A DNA stretch of 45,710 bases from Clostridia bacterium (GTDB lineage Bacteria; Bacillota; Clostridia; Christensenellales; Aristaeellaceae). Positions within the stretch are counted from its first letter, which is position 1. Every line of letters begins with the position of its first letter. The stretch covers positions 1 to 45,710 of the forward strand of contig JAUNPI010000003.1 in NCBI GenBank assembly GCA_030536875.1, written 5' to 3'. The translations under genes were made by a program, and so were the position numbers. Shown here piece after piece: positions 26,231-35,526 of this stretch. The notes under the pieces were generated by a model. That model had not been told where the DNA came from. It did not search any database and saw nothing but the letters and a program-made list of their open reading frames with translations.

Positions 26231-27262
26231 ATGCGCGTGAGACCTAAGCTGGCGATTACAATGGGAGATCCTTTGGGAATTGGGCCGGAAGTTACGGTAA
26301 AGGCGTTGGCGGATCTCTCCGAAAAGGAGTGTGTGCCGGTTGTGATTGGGGATGGGATGGTGCTGAAGGATGCGCTCGAATATTGCCGTCTCTCTTTGCC
26401 GCTCAGGCGGATTGAATCCCCTCTCGAGGCGAGTGGAAAACTGGGCGTTATCGAGTATATTGAACCGGTCAGCCTGCCCAGAGAAGACTATCGCTACGGG
26501 CAGGTGAGTGCTTCCGCAGGAGAATCGGCGTTTCAATATGTGACGGCTGCCATTGGCTATGCCATGAAGCGCGAGGTTGACGGCGTTGTGACAGGCCCCA
26601 TCAACAAAGAAGCCATTCATTTGGCCGGTCATCCCTATTCCGGGCACACGGAGATTTTTTCGGATTATACCCATACGAAGCAATATGCGATGCTGCTGAT
26701 GAGCGGGCATTTGAGGGTCATTCACTGCACGACACACGTCTCCATGCGGCAGGCCTGCGATCTGATCACCACAGATAGGGTCTATCATGTGATCGAATTG
26801 GCGGATCAGGCGATGAAGATGCTGGGGCTGGAGCGCTATCGGATCGGCGTAGCGGGTTTGAATGCGCACTGTTCCGAGAATGGATTGTTTGGAACGGAAG
26901 AGGAGCAGGCTATTATCCCTGCGATCAAGCTTGCCCGCAGCAAGGGAATCTGCGTGGAAGGACCGGTTCCGCCGGATACGGTCTTTGTTAAAGCGGTGGG
27001 CGGCCAATACGACGTCGTCGTTGCGATGTACCACGATCAGGGGCATATTCCGCTCAAGCTGATGGGATTTCGAATGGATGCGCAAAGCGGGACGTTTGCA
27101 TCGGTGAGCGGAATCAATACGACCATTGGGCTGCCCATCCTTCGCACGTCTGTGGATCATGGAACGGCATTTGACAGGGCGGGAAAGAACATGGCCAATG
27201 AGCAGAGCATGCTCGAAGCAATACGGCTTGCCGTTCAGATGGCGCCGTTCTATAGGGAATGA
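26231..27262 (+). CDS. PdxA-family NAD-dependent 4-phospho-hydroxyacid dehydrogenase (PdxA2-like)
   Basis: 'ITMGDPLGIGPEV', 'GHPYSGHTEIF', 'AMYHDQGHIPLK' and 'RTSVDHGTAFD' are hallmark PdxA motifs. It is adjacent to a DUF1537 kinase. Confidence 0.85.
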   Translation: MRVRPKLAITMGDPLGIGPEVTVKALADLSEKECVPVVIGDGMVLKDALEYCRLSLPLRRIESPLEASGKLGVIEYIEPVSLPREDYRYGQVSASAGESAFQYVTAAIGYAMKREVDGVVTGPINKEAIHLAGHPYSGHTEIFSDYTHTKQYAMLLMSGHLRVIHCTTHVSMRQACDLITTDRVYHVIELADQAMKMLGLERYRIGVAGLNAHCSENGLFGTEEEQAIIPAIKLARSKGICVEGPVPPDTVFVKAVGGQYDVVVAMYHDQGHIPLKLMGFRMDAQSGTFASVSGINTTIGLPILRTSVDHGTAFDRAGKNMANEQSMLEAIRLAVQMAPFYRE

Positions 27263-27269
27263 TGGAAAG

Positions 27270-28463
27270 ATGATCAAACTGGCTATTTTGGCGGATGATT
27301 TTACCGGCGCGCTTGATACGGCGGTTCAGTTTTCTTCGAAAGGAGCCGCCACCATGCTGCTCAAACCGGAAGCGCTGTCGAGAGGTTCCCTTTTCGATTG
27401 TCAGGTGGTTGCACTTGACATGCAGACCCGGCATCTCGCCAGAGACGATGCGTATGCTTCGGTTTATGCGGCCGCAAAGCGCATTCGGGAAAACGGAATT
27501 CCCTATCTCTATGTCAAGACGGATTCCGCGCTTCGCGGCAATATTGGCGCAACGCTGGAAGCGGTGGTCGGCGCATGGGGAGAAAGCGTGATCTTTGCGC
27601 CTTCCTATCCGGATACGGGCAGGATTGTACAGCGGGGAGTGCTGACCATAGAGGGGATTCCGGCGTCTCAAAGCCATTTTGCGCAGGATTTGTTCAATCC
27701 GGTTGTCCACGACAGCGTATGTGACATCATCGCGGAGCAATCTACAATCTTTGTGTCGGACAAGACATGTGCAGAGCGCGCCGTTGTGCTCAAGGATGCG
27801 GCGGACAATGCGGAGCTTCAACATATCGCAAGGGAAGCCGTTCAATCGGGAAGCACGCTGATGGCCGGATGCGCAGGATTGGCCCGCTTTTTGCCGGATG
27901 CGCTGCACTTGGAAACGCAAGGGGCGCCGATGCCAAAGGTCAGCTGGCCGATGGTCGTGATTTCCGGGAGCACGAGTCCGGTCAGCCTTGAGCAACTGCG
28001 GCGCGGGAAAGAGTATGGGTTTAGGTCGTATGTTTTTGAGGATGTCTTAGAGGAAAAGGCGAAAATTTTCCCGATTGTTCAGGGCGTAAAGCAGCTTGGC
28101 AGCGAGATGGGATTGATCATCGAAGTGGGGCGGAAGGCGGAAGGCGTTTCCGATTTGGCTTCCTTTGAGGAGAAGGGAAAGCGGATTGCGGATAATTTGG
28201 GGAAGGCGACCGAGCAAATCGTTCGTTCGGGATTTTCGGGTACGTTGTTTGTCTTCGGAGGCGATACGCTGGCCAGCGTGATCCGCCGATTGGGCGTGAC
28301 AAGCATTCAGCCCATATGCGAAATCGAATGCGGCGTGGTGGTCTCCCAAATCGACATCAATGGGCGCAAGCTTCCGCTGATTTCCAAATCTGGCAGCTTT
28401 GGCTCGGCAAACGTGCTGAAACACATATGTGAACGTTATATGAGAAGGGAATGGATTGCATGA
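27270..28463 (+). CDS. DUF1537-family four-carbon acid-sugar kinase (OtnK/DtnK-like)
   Basis: N-terminal 'LAILADDFTGALDTAVQF' and 'YVKTDSALRGNIG' are present. The length of about 398 aa fits the family. Confidence 0.85.
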   Translation: MIKLAILADDFTGALDTAVQFSSKGAATMLLKPEALSRGSLFDCQVVALDMQTRHLARDDAYASVYAAAKRIRENGIPYLYVKTDSALRGNIGATLEAVVGAWGESVIFAPSYPDTGRIVQRGVLTIEGIPASQSHFAQDLFNPVVHDSVCDIIAEQSTIFVSDKTCAERAVVLKDAADNAELQHIAREAVQSGSTLMAGCAGLARFLPDALHLETQGAPMPKVSWPMVVISGSTSPVSLEQLRRGKEYGFRSYVFEDVLEEKAKIFPIVQGVKQLGSEMGLIIEVGRKAEGVSDLASFEEKGKRIADNLGKATEQIVRSGFSGTLFVFGGDTLASVIRRLGVTSIQPICEIECGVVVSQIDINGRKLPLISKSGSFGSANVLKHICERYMRREWIA

Positions 28464-29371
28464 CGAATATCCGAGGGATTGTTGCGGCGATGCTGACGCC
28501 GATGAACCGGGATGAGAGCATCAACGTGGCCGAACTGCGCAGTCAAACCGAACGAATGATCGGCGCAGGGATGCACGGACTTTTCTGCCTAGGAACCAGT
28601 GGAGAAGCCTATGCCCTTGAAGAGAGGGAAAAGATTCGGGTGATCGCTGAGGTCGTTGATCGGTGTGCGGGGAGAGTGCCGGTGTATGCCGGATGCGGTT
28701 GTGTGACGACGGCGGAAACGGTGCGGCTTGCCAAGGCGGCAGAGAGGATCGGCGCCGATGTGCTTTCGGTTATCTGCCCCTATTTTGCGGTTGCGTCGCA
28801 GGAGGAGCTGTACAGGCATTTTATGGAGGTCGCCGACGCTGTTCATATTCCGGTTGTGCTGTACAACATGCCGGCGCGCACGGGCGTCAATTTGGACGTG
28901 GATACTGTGGGACGTTTATCCAAGGCCGGCAATATTGCGGGCATCAAGGATTCGAGCGGGAATTTTGACCAGATTCTTCAGCTGATCGAAAACACGGCGG
29001 ATGACTTTGCCGTCCTCTCCGGAAACGATTCGCTGGTGCTGTGGACGCTTCAGGCCGGGGGAAAGGGCGGAATATGCGCAATCGCCAACCTGTTTCCGCA
29101 GACGATGGCGTCGATCTATGAACTGTGGCGTCAAGGAGAATTCACCAAGGCCAAGGAAGCGCAGGATTCCATTCGAGCCATACGTCGTTTGCTGAAGCTG
29201 GGAAATCCGAACACGATGGTGAAGCTGACGGCAAATTTGATCGGACAGCCTGTGGGGCCATGCAGAAAACCATTTTGGACGGAGGATCAGCGCCTGATCG
29301 ATGAAATATCAAGGGTATTGAAGGAGCATTATGGAATACGCGTTGACGGAAAGGAATGGGGCTATGTGTGA
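28460..29371 (+). CDS. DHDPS/N-acetylneuraminate-lyase-family class I (pyruvate-dependent) aldolase
   Basis: 'LGTSGEAYALEEREK' is GTTGE-like and 'IAGIKDSSGN' holds the Schiff-base Lys context. The start overlaps the kinase stop as ATGA. Confidence 0.85.
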   Translation: MTNIRGIVAAMLTPMNRDESINVAELRSQTERMIGAGMHGLFCLGTSGEAYALEEREKIRVIAEVVDRCAGRVPVYAGCGCVTTAETVRLAKAAERIGADVLSVICPYFAVASQEELYRHFMEVADAVHIPVVLYNMPARTGVNLDVDTVGRLSKAGNIAGIKDSSGNFDQILQLIENTADDFAVLSGNDSLVLWTLQAGGKGGICAIANLFPQTMASIYELWRQGEFTKAKEAQDSIRAIRRLLKLGNPNTMVKLTANLIGQPVGPCRKPFWTEDQRLIDEISRVLKEHYGIRVDGKEWGYV

Positions 29372-30446
29372 GATCGTCCATGAGCTGCCGTGCCGGATCC
29401 TTCATGGACGCGGAGCGGTAGAGAAGCTGGCTGGCCGGCTGCCTGAAGAAAAGCTGGTCGTGATGAGCGAGGAGAACCTTGCCCAAACGGAGGTATTTGA
29501 GCGAATAAAAACGTCTTTTCCGAAAGCGAAATTCTATCTTCAATGGGGAGGGGAACCGAAGATATCGGACGTTCAGCGGGCGCTGGACGCCTTGCGGAGC
29601 GATCAACCGACGGCAATCGTCGGTGTGGGCGGAGGAAGTGTTTTGGATGTCGCAAAGGCGACGGCGCTGTTGATCGACAAGGGCAAGCCGGCCGCAGAGG
29701 CAATGGGACACGCCGATATGAAGCGAAGCGTCGCGCTGGCCCTGATCCCGACGACGGCGGGGACAGGAAGCGAGACGACGCCTAACTGCCTGTTGATCGA
29801 TGATCGTGACGGCGTGAAACGAGCGCTCATCGCCGGCGGCTGTGTTCCGGATATCGCCGTGTTGGACCCGGGAGCGACGCGTTCGCTGCCTGCGCCGGTT
29901 GCCGCCTATACGGGTGTCGACGCGCTGTGTCACTGTGTGGAATCCTCGATCTCGGTCAAGGCGAACGAGATCAGCAGGGCATGGTCCTTAGCGGGTATAC
30001 GTCTCATTTTGGCTTATTTGCCTAAGGCCGTCATGTCTCCAGAGGATGAAGAGGCCAGAGAAAAGATGCTCTTTGCCAGCTTCTTTGGCGGAGCCGCGCT
30101 GGCTGTTGCCGGAACGACGGCCGTCCACGCACTGGCTTATTCCCTTGGAAAGAGAGGCGTTCCGCACGGCGTTTCCAATAGCCTGCTATTTGAAATGGTG
30201 ATGGAGCATACGCTTGGCGAACCAAGGCGGTATATCGAGCATTATGACGATTGCGTGAACCTGATTCACAGTCTTCCCATCCCCACGATTGACCGTTATA
30301 ACGTGCAGGAACAGGAATGCGAGGCAATGGCGAGGGAGGCGATGGAACAGATCAGGCTGCTGGGCAATCACCCGGTTCAGGTGACGCAGGCATGTGCGGA
30401 TCGAATTTTCCGGTCGCTGTTTGAGAAGGAAGGGAAGAGGCGATGA
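29364..30446 (+). CDS. Iron-containing (group III) alcohol dehydrogenase family oxidoreductase
   Basis: 'AIVGVGGGSVLDVAKA', 'IPTTAGTGSETT' and His-rich 'CHCVES...HALAY...PHGV' are present. The gene overlaps the aldolase gene by 8 nt. Confidence 0.85.
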   Translation: MCEIVHELPCRILHGRGAVEKLAGRLPEEKLVVMSEENLAQTEVFERIKTSFPKAKFYLQWGGEPKISDVQRALDALRSDQPTAIVGVGGGSVLDVAKATALLIDKGKPAAEAMGHADMKRSVALALIPTTAGTGSETTPNCLLIDDRDGVKRALIAGGCVPDIAVLDPGATRSLPAPVAAYTGVDALCHCVESSISVKANEISRAWSLAGIRLILAYLPKAVMSPEDEEAREKMLFASFFGGAALAVAGTTAVHALAYSLGKRGVPHGVSNSLLFEMVMEHTLGEPRRYIEHYDDCVNLIHSLPIPTIDRYNVQEQECEAMAREAMEQIRLLGNHPVQVTQACADRIFRSLFEKEGKRR

Positions 30447-31825
30447 GCAGAATTTTGTTCTTTGACGATCGCTTTCTCCATGTCGTCCGTCATGCCAGAC
30501 GGCATATGGGTAGGGCGAAACTGATGGCCGATACGCTGTACGGAGATCCTGACCCGAATATTTTTGCCAACATTCCCAACGTGTTTTACAGCCCGACGAT
30601 CGGAAAATGGCTTATGTTGACATATGGCATGCATCTTCGAACGTTTGACGACGTCGTCCTTCTGCACGAGAGCGACGACGGCCTGCATTGGCGGCCATGC
30701 GATACGCGGGAGGAACTGACGCTTCAAACGCGCCGTTTTTCCCATCAGCTGTTTGAATTAGGGGCTTGCGGAGAGTACTCTCTCTATGTCGATGAGCGAG
30801 AGGAGAAGGAAGAGGAGCGCTTCAAATTGCTCGCCGTGCGCAAAGGCGGAAAAAAGGGGCTTGAATCCTGTCTGTTCACTTCCGCAGACGGCCTGCATTG
30901 GCAAGACAAACAGGTGGAGTGGCATCCGTCTCCGCCTGATTTGGGCCCTCTGTGTATATACTGGAATGCTCACAGGGGCAGCTATGTCATTGCGGCGAGA
31001 CCGGCGATGGTAGACCGGCGCGTGGCGCTGATTGAAACGACGGATTGGCGGCATTTTACAAAGCCGCAGGTCGTCTTGGAGACCGATGCGTTGGATACGC
31101 CGGTATGCGAATCCTATGGCCTGACCGTTTTGCCCTATGATGGTCACTATTTGGGGTTATATTGGCTTTTTCATCCCAATGCGGAACAGGTTGTCGGCAT
31201 GCCGGGCGGAACGAGCGGAAAATATTTTGACGGCTATGTGGACGCGCAGATGACGTGCAGCGAAAACGGATGGTATTTTAAACGCTCCCTTCGCGAGCCT
31301 GTGCTTGCCAACGGCGTGCCTGGCGAACCGGATTGCGGCTGCATCTATCCGCGTGGAATGCGCATGGATGGGAAGGGGCATATTCTCGTCGACGCCTGCG
31401 TTTATCCCTATGAGCATGGGAGATGGCGGGAATTTGTCCATGAGGAAAGGCCGCACAAGAGCATTGGCGTGTATACGATCAGAGAGGACGGCTTCTGTTA
31501 CTATCAAAACGAGGGCGGAGAGGCGTTTCTGGGATCCAGAGCGCTGTTGTATGAAAGCGGCGAAGTTGCTTTTAATGTCGAATGTCCGACAGGTTCGTTC
31601 AAGGTACAGGTGACGGATGTATTCGGCCGCGTCATGGAACATTATTCCTTTGACGAGTGTATTCCGTTTGTCGGGAATTCGCTTCGATATGCGCCCCGAT
31701 GGCACGGCGGTTACGATCTGACAGGATTAAAGGGAAAGACGTTTCGATTGGAGATGCGGCTAAAAACAGGGAGGCTGTATGCGATTCACGGGGGGCTGAA
31801 GCTGATTTTAAACCCCAATGCGTGA
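30443..31825 (+). CDS. Uncharacterised 460-aa protein, predicted beta-propeller glycosidase-like fold
   Basis: S/T-x-D-G-x-x-W-like blade motifs recur as 'ESDDGLHWRP', 'TSADGLHWQD' and 'TTDWRHFTKP'. There is no signal peptide or TM segment. An ATGA overlap links it to the ADH gene. I recognise no family with confidence. Confidence 0.65.
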   Translation: MSRILFFDDRFLHVVRHARRHMGRAKLMADTLYGDPDPNIFANIPNVFYSPTIGKWLMLTYGMHLRTFDDVVLLHESDDGLHWRPCDTREELTLQTRRFSHQLFELGACGEYSLYVDEREEKEEERFKLLAVRKGGKKGLESCLFTSADGLHWQDKQVEWHPSPPDLGPLCIYWNAHRGSYVIAARPAMVDRRVALIETTDWRHFTKPQVVLETDALDTPVCESYGLTVLPYDGHYLGLYWLFHPNAEQVVGMPGGTSGKYFDGYVDAQMTCSENGWYFKRSLREPVLANGVPGEPDCGCIYPRGMRMDGKGHILVDACVYPYEHGRWREFVHEERPHKSIGVYTIREDGFCYYQNEGGEAFLGSRALLYESGEVAFNVECPTGSFKVQVTDVFGRVMEHYSFDECIPFVGNSLRYAPRWHGGYDLTGLKGKTFRLEMRLKTGRLYAIHGGLKLILNPNA

Positions 31826-31859
31826 GAAATGAAATACATCGTAACAGGAGGTAAAGAAC

Positions 31860-32795
31860 ATGCGAAATCCAGCGGTAAGCGATGGGAGCCTGAGGGAGCG
31901 GCTTCGTCCCTATGCGCGGAACGTTGATCTGTATCTGTTTGTCGTCCCAGCTCTTGTCTATCTGTTTCTTTACTGCTATCTGCCCATGTACGGCATACAG
32001 ATTGCCTTTAAGGATTTTCGCATCGGGATGGGCATATGGGACTCTCCGTGGGTTGGCCTGAAACACTTTGAAAAATTTCTGGGCAATTCAACGAGCCGGC
32101 AGCTGATTTGGAATACGCTCAGGCTCAGCTTGATGACGCTGGTGTTCGGCTTTCCTCTGCCGATTGTGTTTGCGCTGCTTTTGAATGAGGTGAGGTATCC
32201 GCGGTTCAAGAAGGTTGTTCAGACCGTCTCTTATGCGCCTCATTTCATATCGACCGTGGTGCTGGTCAGCATGCTTTCGCTCTTTCTGGACAGCAACAAT
32301 GGCATCGTCAACAAGCTGATCGGCTTGTTTGGCATAGGACCATATAATTTCATGTCCAGTTCCGCGTGGTTTCCGAACATCTATGTGATATCGGATATTT
32401 GGCAGAACCTTGGCTGGAATGCGGTGATCTATATCAGCGCTCTGGCAGGCGTGGATATTGAATTGCACGAGGCCGCCAAGATTGACGGCGCCAATCGTTT
32501 GCAACGAATTTGTCATGTGGATATCCCATCCATCTTTCCGACGATTGCGATCATGCTGATCCTTCAAACGGGCAATTTGATGACGGTTGGATTTGAAAAG
32601 GCGTATCTGATGCAGAATGCGCTCAATACAGGGACATCGGAGATTATATCGACGTATGTCTATAAAATGGGTCTCTTATACAACCAGTACAGCTATTCGA
32701 CGGCCATCAATTTGTTTAATTCCGTTGTGAACTGCATCCTCTTGGTGACGGTTAACGGCATTGTACGCAGGCTGAGCGATTCGGGCCTATGGTAA
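31860..32795 (+). CDS. Carbohydrate ABC transporter permease (LplB/YtcP type)
   Basis: Six TM segments. The EAA loop is 'EAAKIDGANRLQRICHVDIP'. 'AGGAGG' is upstream. Confidence 0.9.
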   Translation: MRNPAVSDGSLRERLRPYARNVDLYLFVVPALVYLFLYCYLPMYGIQIAFKDFRIGMGIWDSPWVGLKHFEKFLGNSTSRQLIWNTLRLSLMTLVFGFPLPIVFALLLNEVRYPRFKKVVQTVSYAPHFISTVVLVSMLSLFLDSNNGIVNKLIGLFGIGPYNFMSSSAWFPNIYVISDIWQNLGWNAVIYISALAGVDIELHEAAKIDGANRLQRICHVDIPSIFPTIAIMLILQTGNLMTVGFEKAYLMQNALNTGTSEIISTYVYKMGLLYNQYSYSTAINLFNSVVNCILLVTVNGIVRRLSDSGLW

Positions 32796-32817
32796 AGGGA
32801 AGGAGACGTGATCAGGA

Positions 32818-33732
32818 ATGAGAAACGGGACGCAGGGCGCTTCTTTGAGAAGCTGGGATGATCGGGTGTTTGACGGAATTGCAGTCGCGTTATGCGCATT
32901 GGTGCTTGTGATGGTAGCGTATCCGCTCTATTATGTGATCATTTGTTCTTTCAGCGATCCGAATGCTGTGAATATGGGAAAGGTAGTCTTCTGGCCGTCT
33001 GGATTTACGCTGGAGGGATATCAGACCATTATGGATTATCAGCCGATTTGGGTCGGATACCGCAATACGATCTTTTATGCAATCGTCGGAACGGCATTTA
33101 ATTTGGCGCTGACGCTGCCATGCGCGTATGCGTTGTCGAGACCGGACTTCAAAGGGCGCAATGTCATCATGATGCTCTTCACGTTTACCATGTTCTTTAG
33201 CGGCGGAACGATTCCAACCTATCTGGTCATGAAGAATTTGAAATTGCTCGATTCCATTTGGGCCATGATTCTTCCGGGCGCTGTCAACGTCATGAACCTG
33301 ATCATCGCACGAACCTATTTTGCCAGCAGCGTTCCCTATGAGATTCAGGAAGCCGCCATGATTGACGGATGCAGCAACAGAAAGCTGTTTGTCAGTATCG
33401 TCTTGCCGCTCTCCATGCCGATGATTGCGGTCATCATGCTCTATTATTTGGTGACGCATTGGAACGTTTATTTTCGGGCGCTGCTCTACATGTCTTCTCC
33501 GTCGAAATATCCGCTGCAATTGTATTTGAGAAATATTCTTCTGCTCGATCAGATGTTGGATATGATGGAGGGCGATGCGGAAGCCATCGAGGCGATGACA
33601 AGGCGGCTTCAGATGAGGGCGTCGATCAAATACGGAATCGTTGTGGTTTCCTCAATGCCGGTGCTGATTCTGTATCCGCTTTTACAGAAGTATTTTGCCA
33701 AAGGCGTCATGGTTGGCGCTGTGAAAGGGTGA
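32818..33732 (+). CDS. Carbohydrate ABC transporter permease (LplC type)
   Basis: The EAA loop is 'EAAMIDGCSNRKLFVSIVLP'. The protein is polytopic. Confidence 0.9.
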   Translation: MRNGTQGASLRSWDDRVFDGIAVALCALVLVMVAYPLYYVIICSFSDPNAVNMGKVVFWPSGFTLEGYQTIMDYQPIWVGYRNTIFYAIVGTAFNLALTLPCAYALSRPDFKGRNVIMMLFTFTMFFSGGTIPTYLVMKNLKLLDSIWAMILPGAVNVMNLIIARTYFASSVPYEIQEAAMIDGCSNRKLFVSIVLPLSMPMIAVIMLYYLVTHWNVYFRALLYMSSPSKYPLQLYLRNILLLDQMLDMMEGDAEAIEAMTRRLQMRASIKYGIVVVSSMPVLILYPLLQKYFAKGVMVGAVKG

Positions 33733-33779
33733 TTGTAACCCATCGGAAGTGGGTGCAAATAAGAAAAGGAGGTTTACTC

Positions 33780-35408
33780 ATGAAAAACAGACTCAGAATC
33801 TTAGCGATGGTATTGGCGCTGCTGCTGACATGCGCGCCTATGGCTGCTTTGGGCGAAACAGAAGCAGATGCGATCGCTGCGCTCAACGCGTATCTCGTGC
33901 TTCCGACACCGGAACTTCCGGTTGTTCAGGAGCCGATGACGCTGACCGTCACCTTCCCCCGAAACGTGAAACACGGCAGTTTCGACAAGATGTGGTATAT
34001 TCAGGAATTGGCCTCCAAGACCGGCGTCACGCTTGACATTCAGGCGATCGAAGAATCCGGATGGGACGAGAAGATCGGGCTTCTCTTCTCTTCCGGAGAT
34101 TATGGGGACATTTTCCTCTATGGCCTTTCCATCAACGAGGCGAATCAGTACGGTATGGCCGGTTTGCTCAGACCGCTTGACGACCTGATTGCAGAGTATT
34201 CGCCGAATACGCAGAAGATCTATGAATCCTTTCCGGAGACGCTGCGCAATTTGACGGCGGACGACGGGCATATCTACATCGCGCCGGCCTACAACAATAC
34301 GCCTCGCGATATGCTTTTACAGTATTCCGATTGGGTCAACGCAGAGTGGATCGCCAATGTGGGCATGGAGATGCCTAAAACGCTGGATGAATTCTATCAG
34401 CTGCTAGTTGCCTTTCAAAACGAGGATCCGAACGGAAACGGCGTGGCGGACGAAATCCCGTGGTCCTTCATTTACAACGGGGATGGATATAACATGGCGC
34501 TTGGCGCGTTTGGCTACGTCAATGCCCGTCACGACGTGATCGACGGCGAGTATGTCTATGTACCCGCTCAGGAAAATTTCCGCCATTATCTGGAATTTAT
34601 GAGCAAGTGCTATCGGGAAGGGCTGCTGGACAGCGATATCTTCACCATGACGACCGACGACTACTTGACCAAGGTGATGAGCCTGAACGTAGGCTCTACG
34701 ATCGAGTACAACGTGACCTCCGAGGAAGAGGTGCTGAGGCGTCAGCTTCTTTCGCCGCTGGTCAGCGAATACAACGATACGCCCTGTCACCCGGGACGCA
34801 ATCAGGAGAAGACGGACAGCGGTTTGTGCATTTCGGTTCACGCTACGCAGGAAGAGGCCGTCGCCGCAGTGAAGCTGTTGGATTACTGGTACAGCGAAGA
34901 GGGAACATTCGAGATCAAGTGCGGCCCGGAATATGGCGTGAACGGCGCGGATTGGGGTTACATCCGCACGGTCAACGAGGACGGTTCCTACAGCTACGAG
35001 ATCATTTACGACGAGGAAGCCTTTGGCGGAAGCTATTTCGATTGCCGCATGTACAATGGGCTGGGCAATATGCCGTTCTGCTACACGCAGGCCCACGCCG
35101 ACGTGATCATCGGTGCGAATGTGAGTAATCAGTGGGTCACGACCTGCGTGGAAAACGCAGGGTTGTTGGAAGCCCGCCGCGTTGGTTATCCCGAGGGCGT
35201 GACCTTTACCGTGGACGAGCAGGATACCCTTGCGCTGTATGTGTTAATGGACAGTTATGTGGACCGCATGGTGGCCGAATTCATCACAGGCGCCGTTGAG
35301 CTGAGCGACGAAACATGGAACGCGTATGTGAGCACGCTTGAAGACATGGATTTGGAGACCTTGGTATCCGTGCGGCAGACTGCTTATGACCGCTGGAATA
35401 GCCGATAA
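33780..35408 (+). CDS. Large extracellular solute-binding protein (LplA type) of the sugar ABC importer
   Basis: The signal peptide is 'MKNRLRILAMVLALLLTCAPMAALG', possibly with a lipobox Cys. The roughly 540-aa size is typical of LplA-like oligosaccharide binders. 'AAAGGAGG' is upstream. The ORF-track N-terminal extension from 33369 overlaps the permease gene and is ignored. Confidence 0.85.
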   Translation: MKNRLRILAMVLALLLTCAPMAALGETEADAIAALNAYLVLPTPELPVVQEPMTLTVTFPRNVKHGSFDKMWYIQELASKTGVTLDIQAIEESGWDEKIGLLFSSGDYGDIFLYGLSINEANQYGMAGLLRPLDDLIAEYSPNTQKIYESFPETLRNLTADDGHIYIAPAYNNTPRDMLLQYSDWVNAEWIANVGMEMPKTLDEFYQLLVAFQNEDPNGNGVADEIPWSFIYNGDGYNMALGAFGYVNARHDVIDGEYVYVPAQENFRHYLEFMSKCYREGLLDSDIFTMTTDDYLTKVMSLNVGSTIEYNVTSEEEVLRRQLLSPLVSEYNDTPCHPGRNQEKTDSGLCISVHATQEEAVAAVKLLDYWYSEEGTFEIKCGPEYGVNGADWGYIRTVNEDGSYSYEIIYDEEAFGGSYFDCRMYNGLGNMPFCYTQAHADVIIGANVSNQWVTTCVENAGLLEARRVGYPEGVTFTVDEQDTLALYVLMDSYVDRMVAEFITGAVELSDETWNAYVSTLEDMDLETLVSVRQTAYDRWNSR

Positions 35409-35440
35409 TGAATGGACGGGTTCAAATCATTGGTTCAAAA

Positions 35441-35482
35441 GGGCTTCGCACCGGACGAAAAACCGGGGCGAAGCCCTTTTTT
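35441..35482. terminator. Bidirectional Rho-independent terminator
   Basis: AAAA, then GGGCTTCGC (35441-35449), an 18-nt loop, GCGAAGCCC (35468-35476) and TTTTTT (35477-35482). It lies between convergent genes. Confidence 0.8.
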
Positions 35483-35526
35483 GCGGCGCGCGTTTCTAAA
35501 GGTCTGCTTTTTTTCTATTCTTTTTC

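Noticed and set aside
33369-33779. N-terminal 137-codon extension of the solute-binding-protein ORF in the six-frame track
   Set aside because: The extension overlaps the 3' end of the permease gene in another frame and translates to Arg/Gly/His-rich nonsense. A strong AAAGGAGG site followed by an ATG at 33780 starts a canonical signal peptide.
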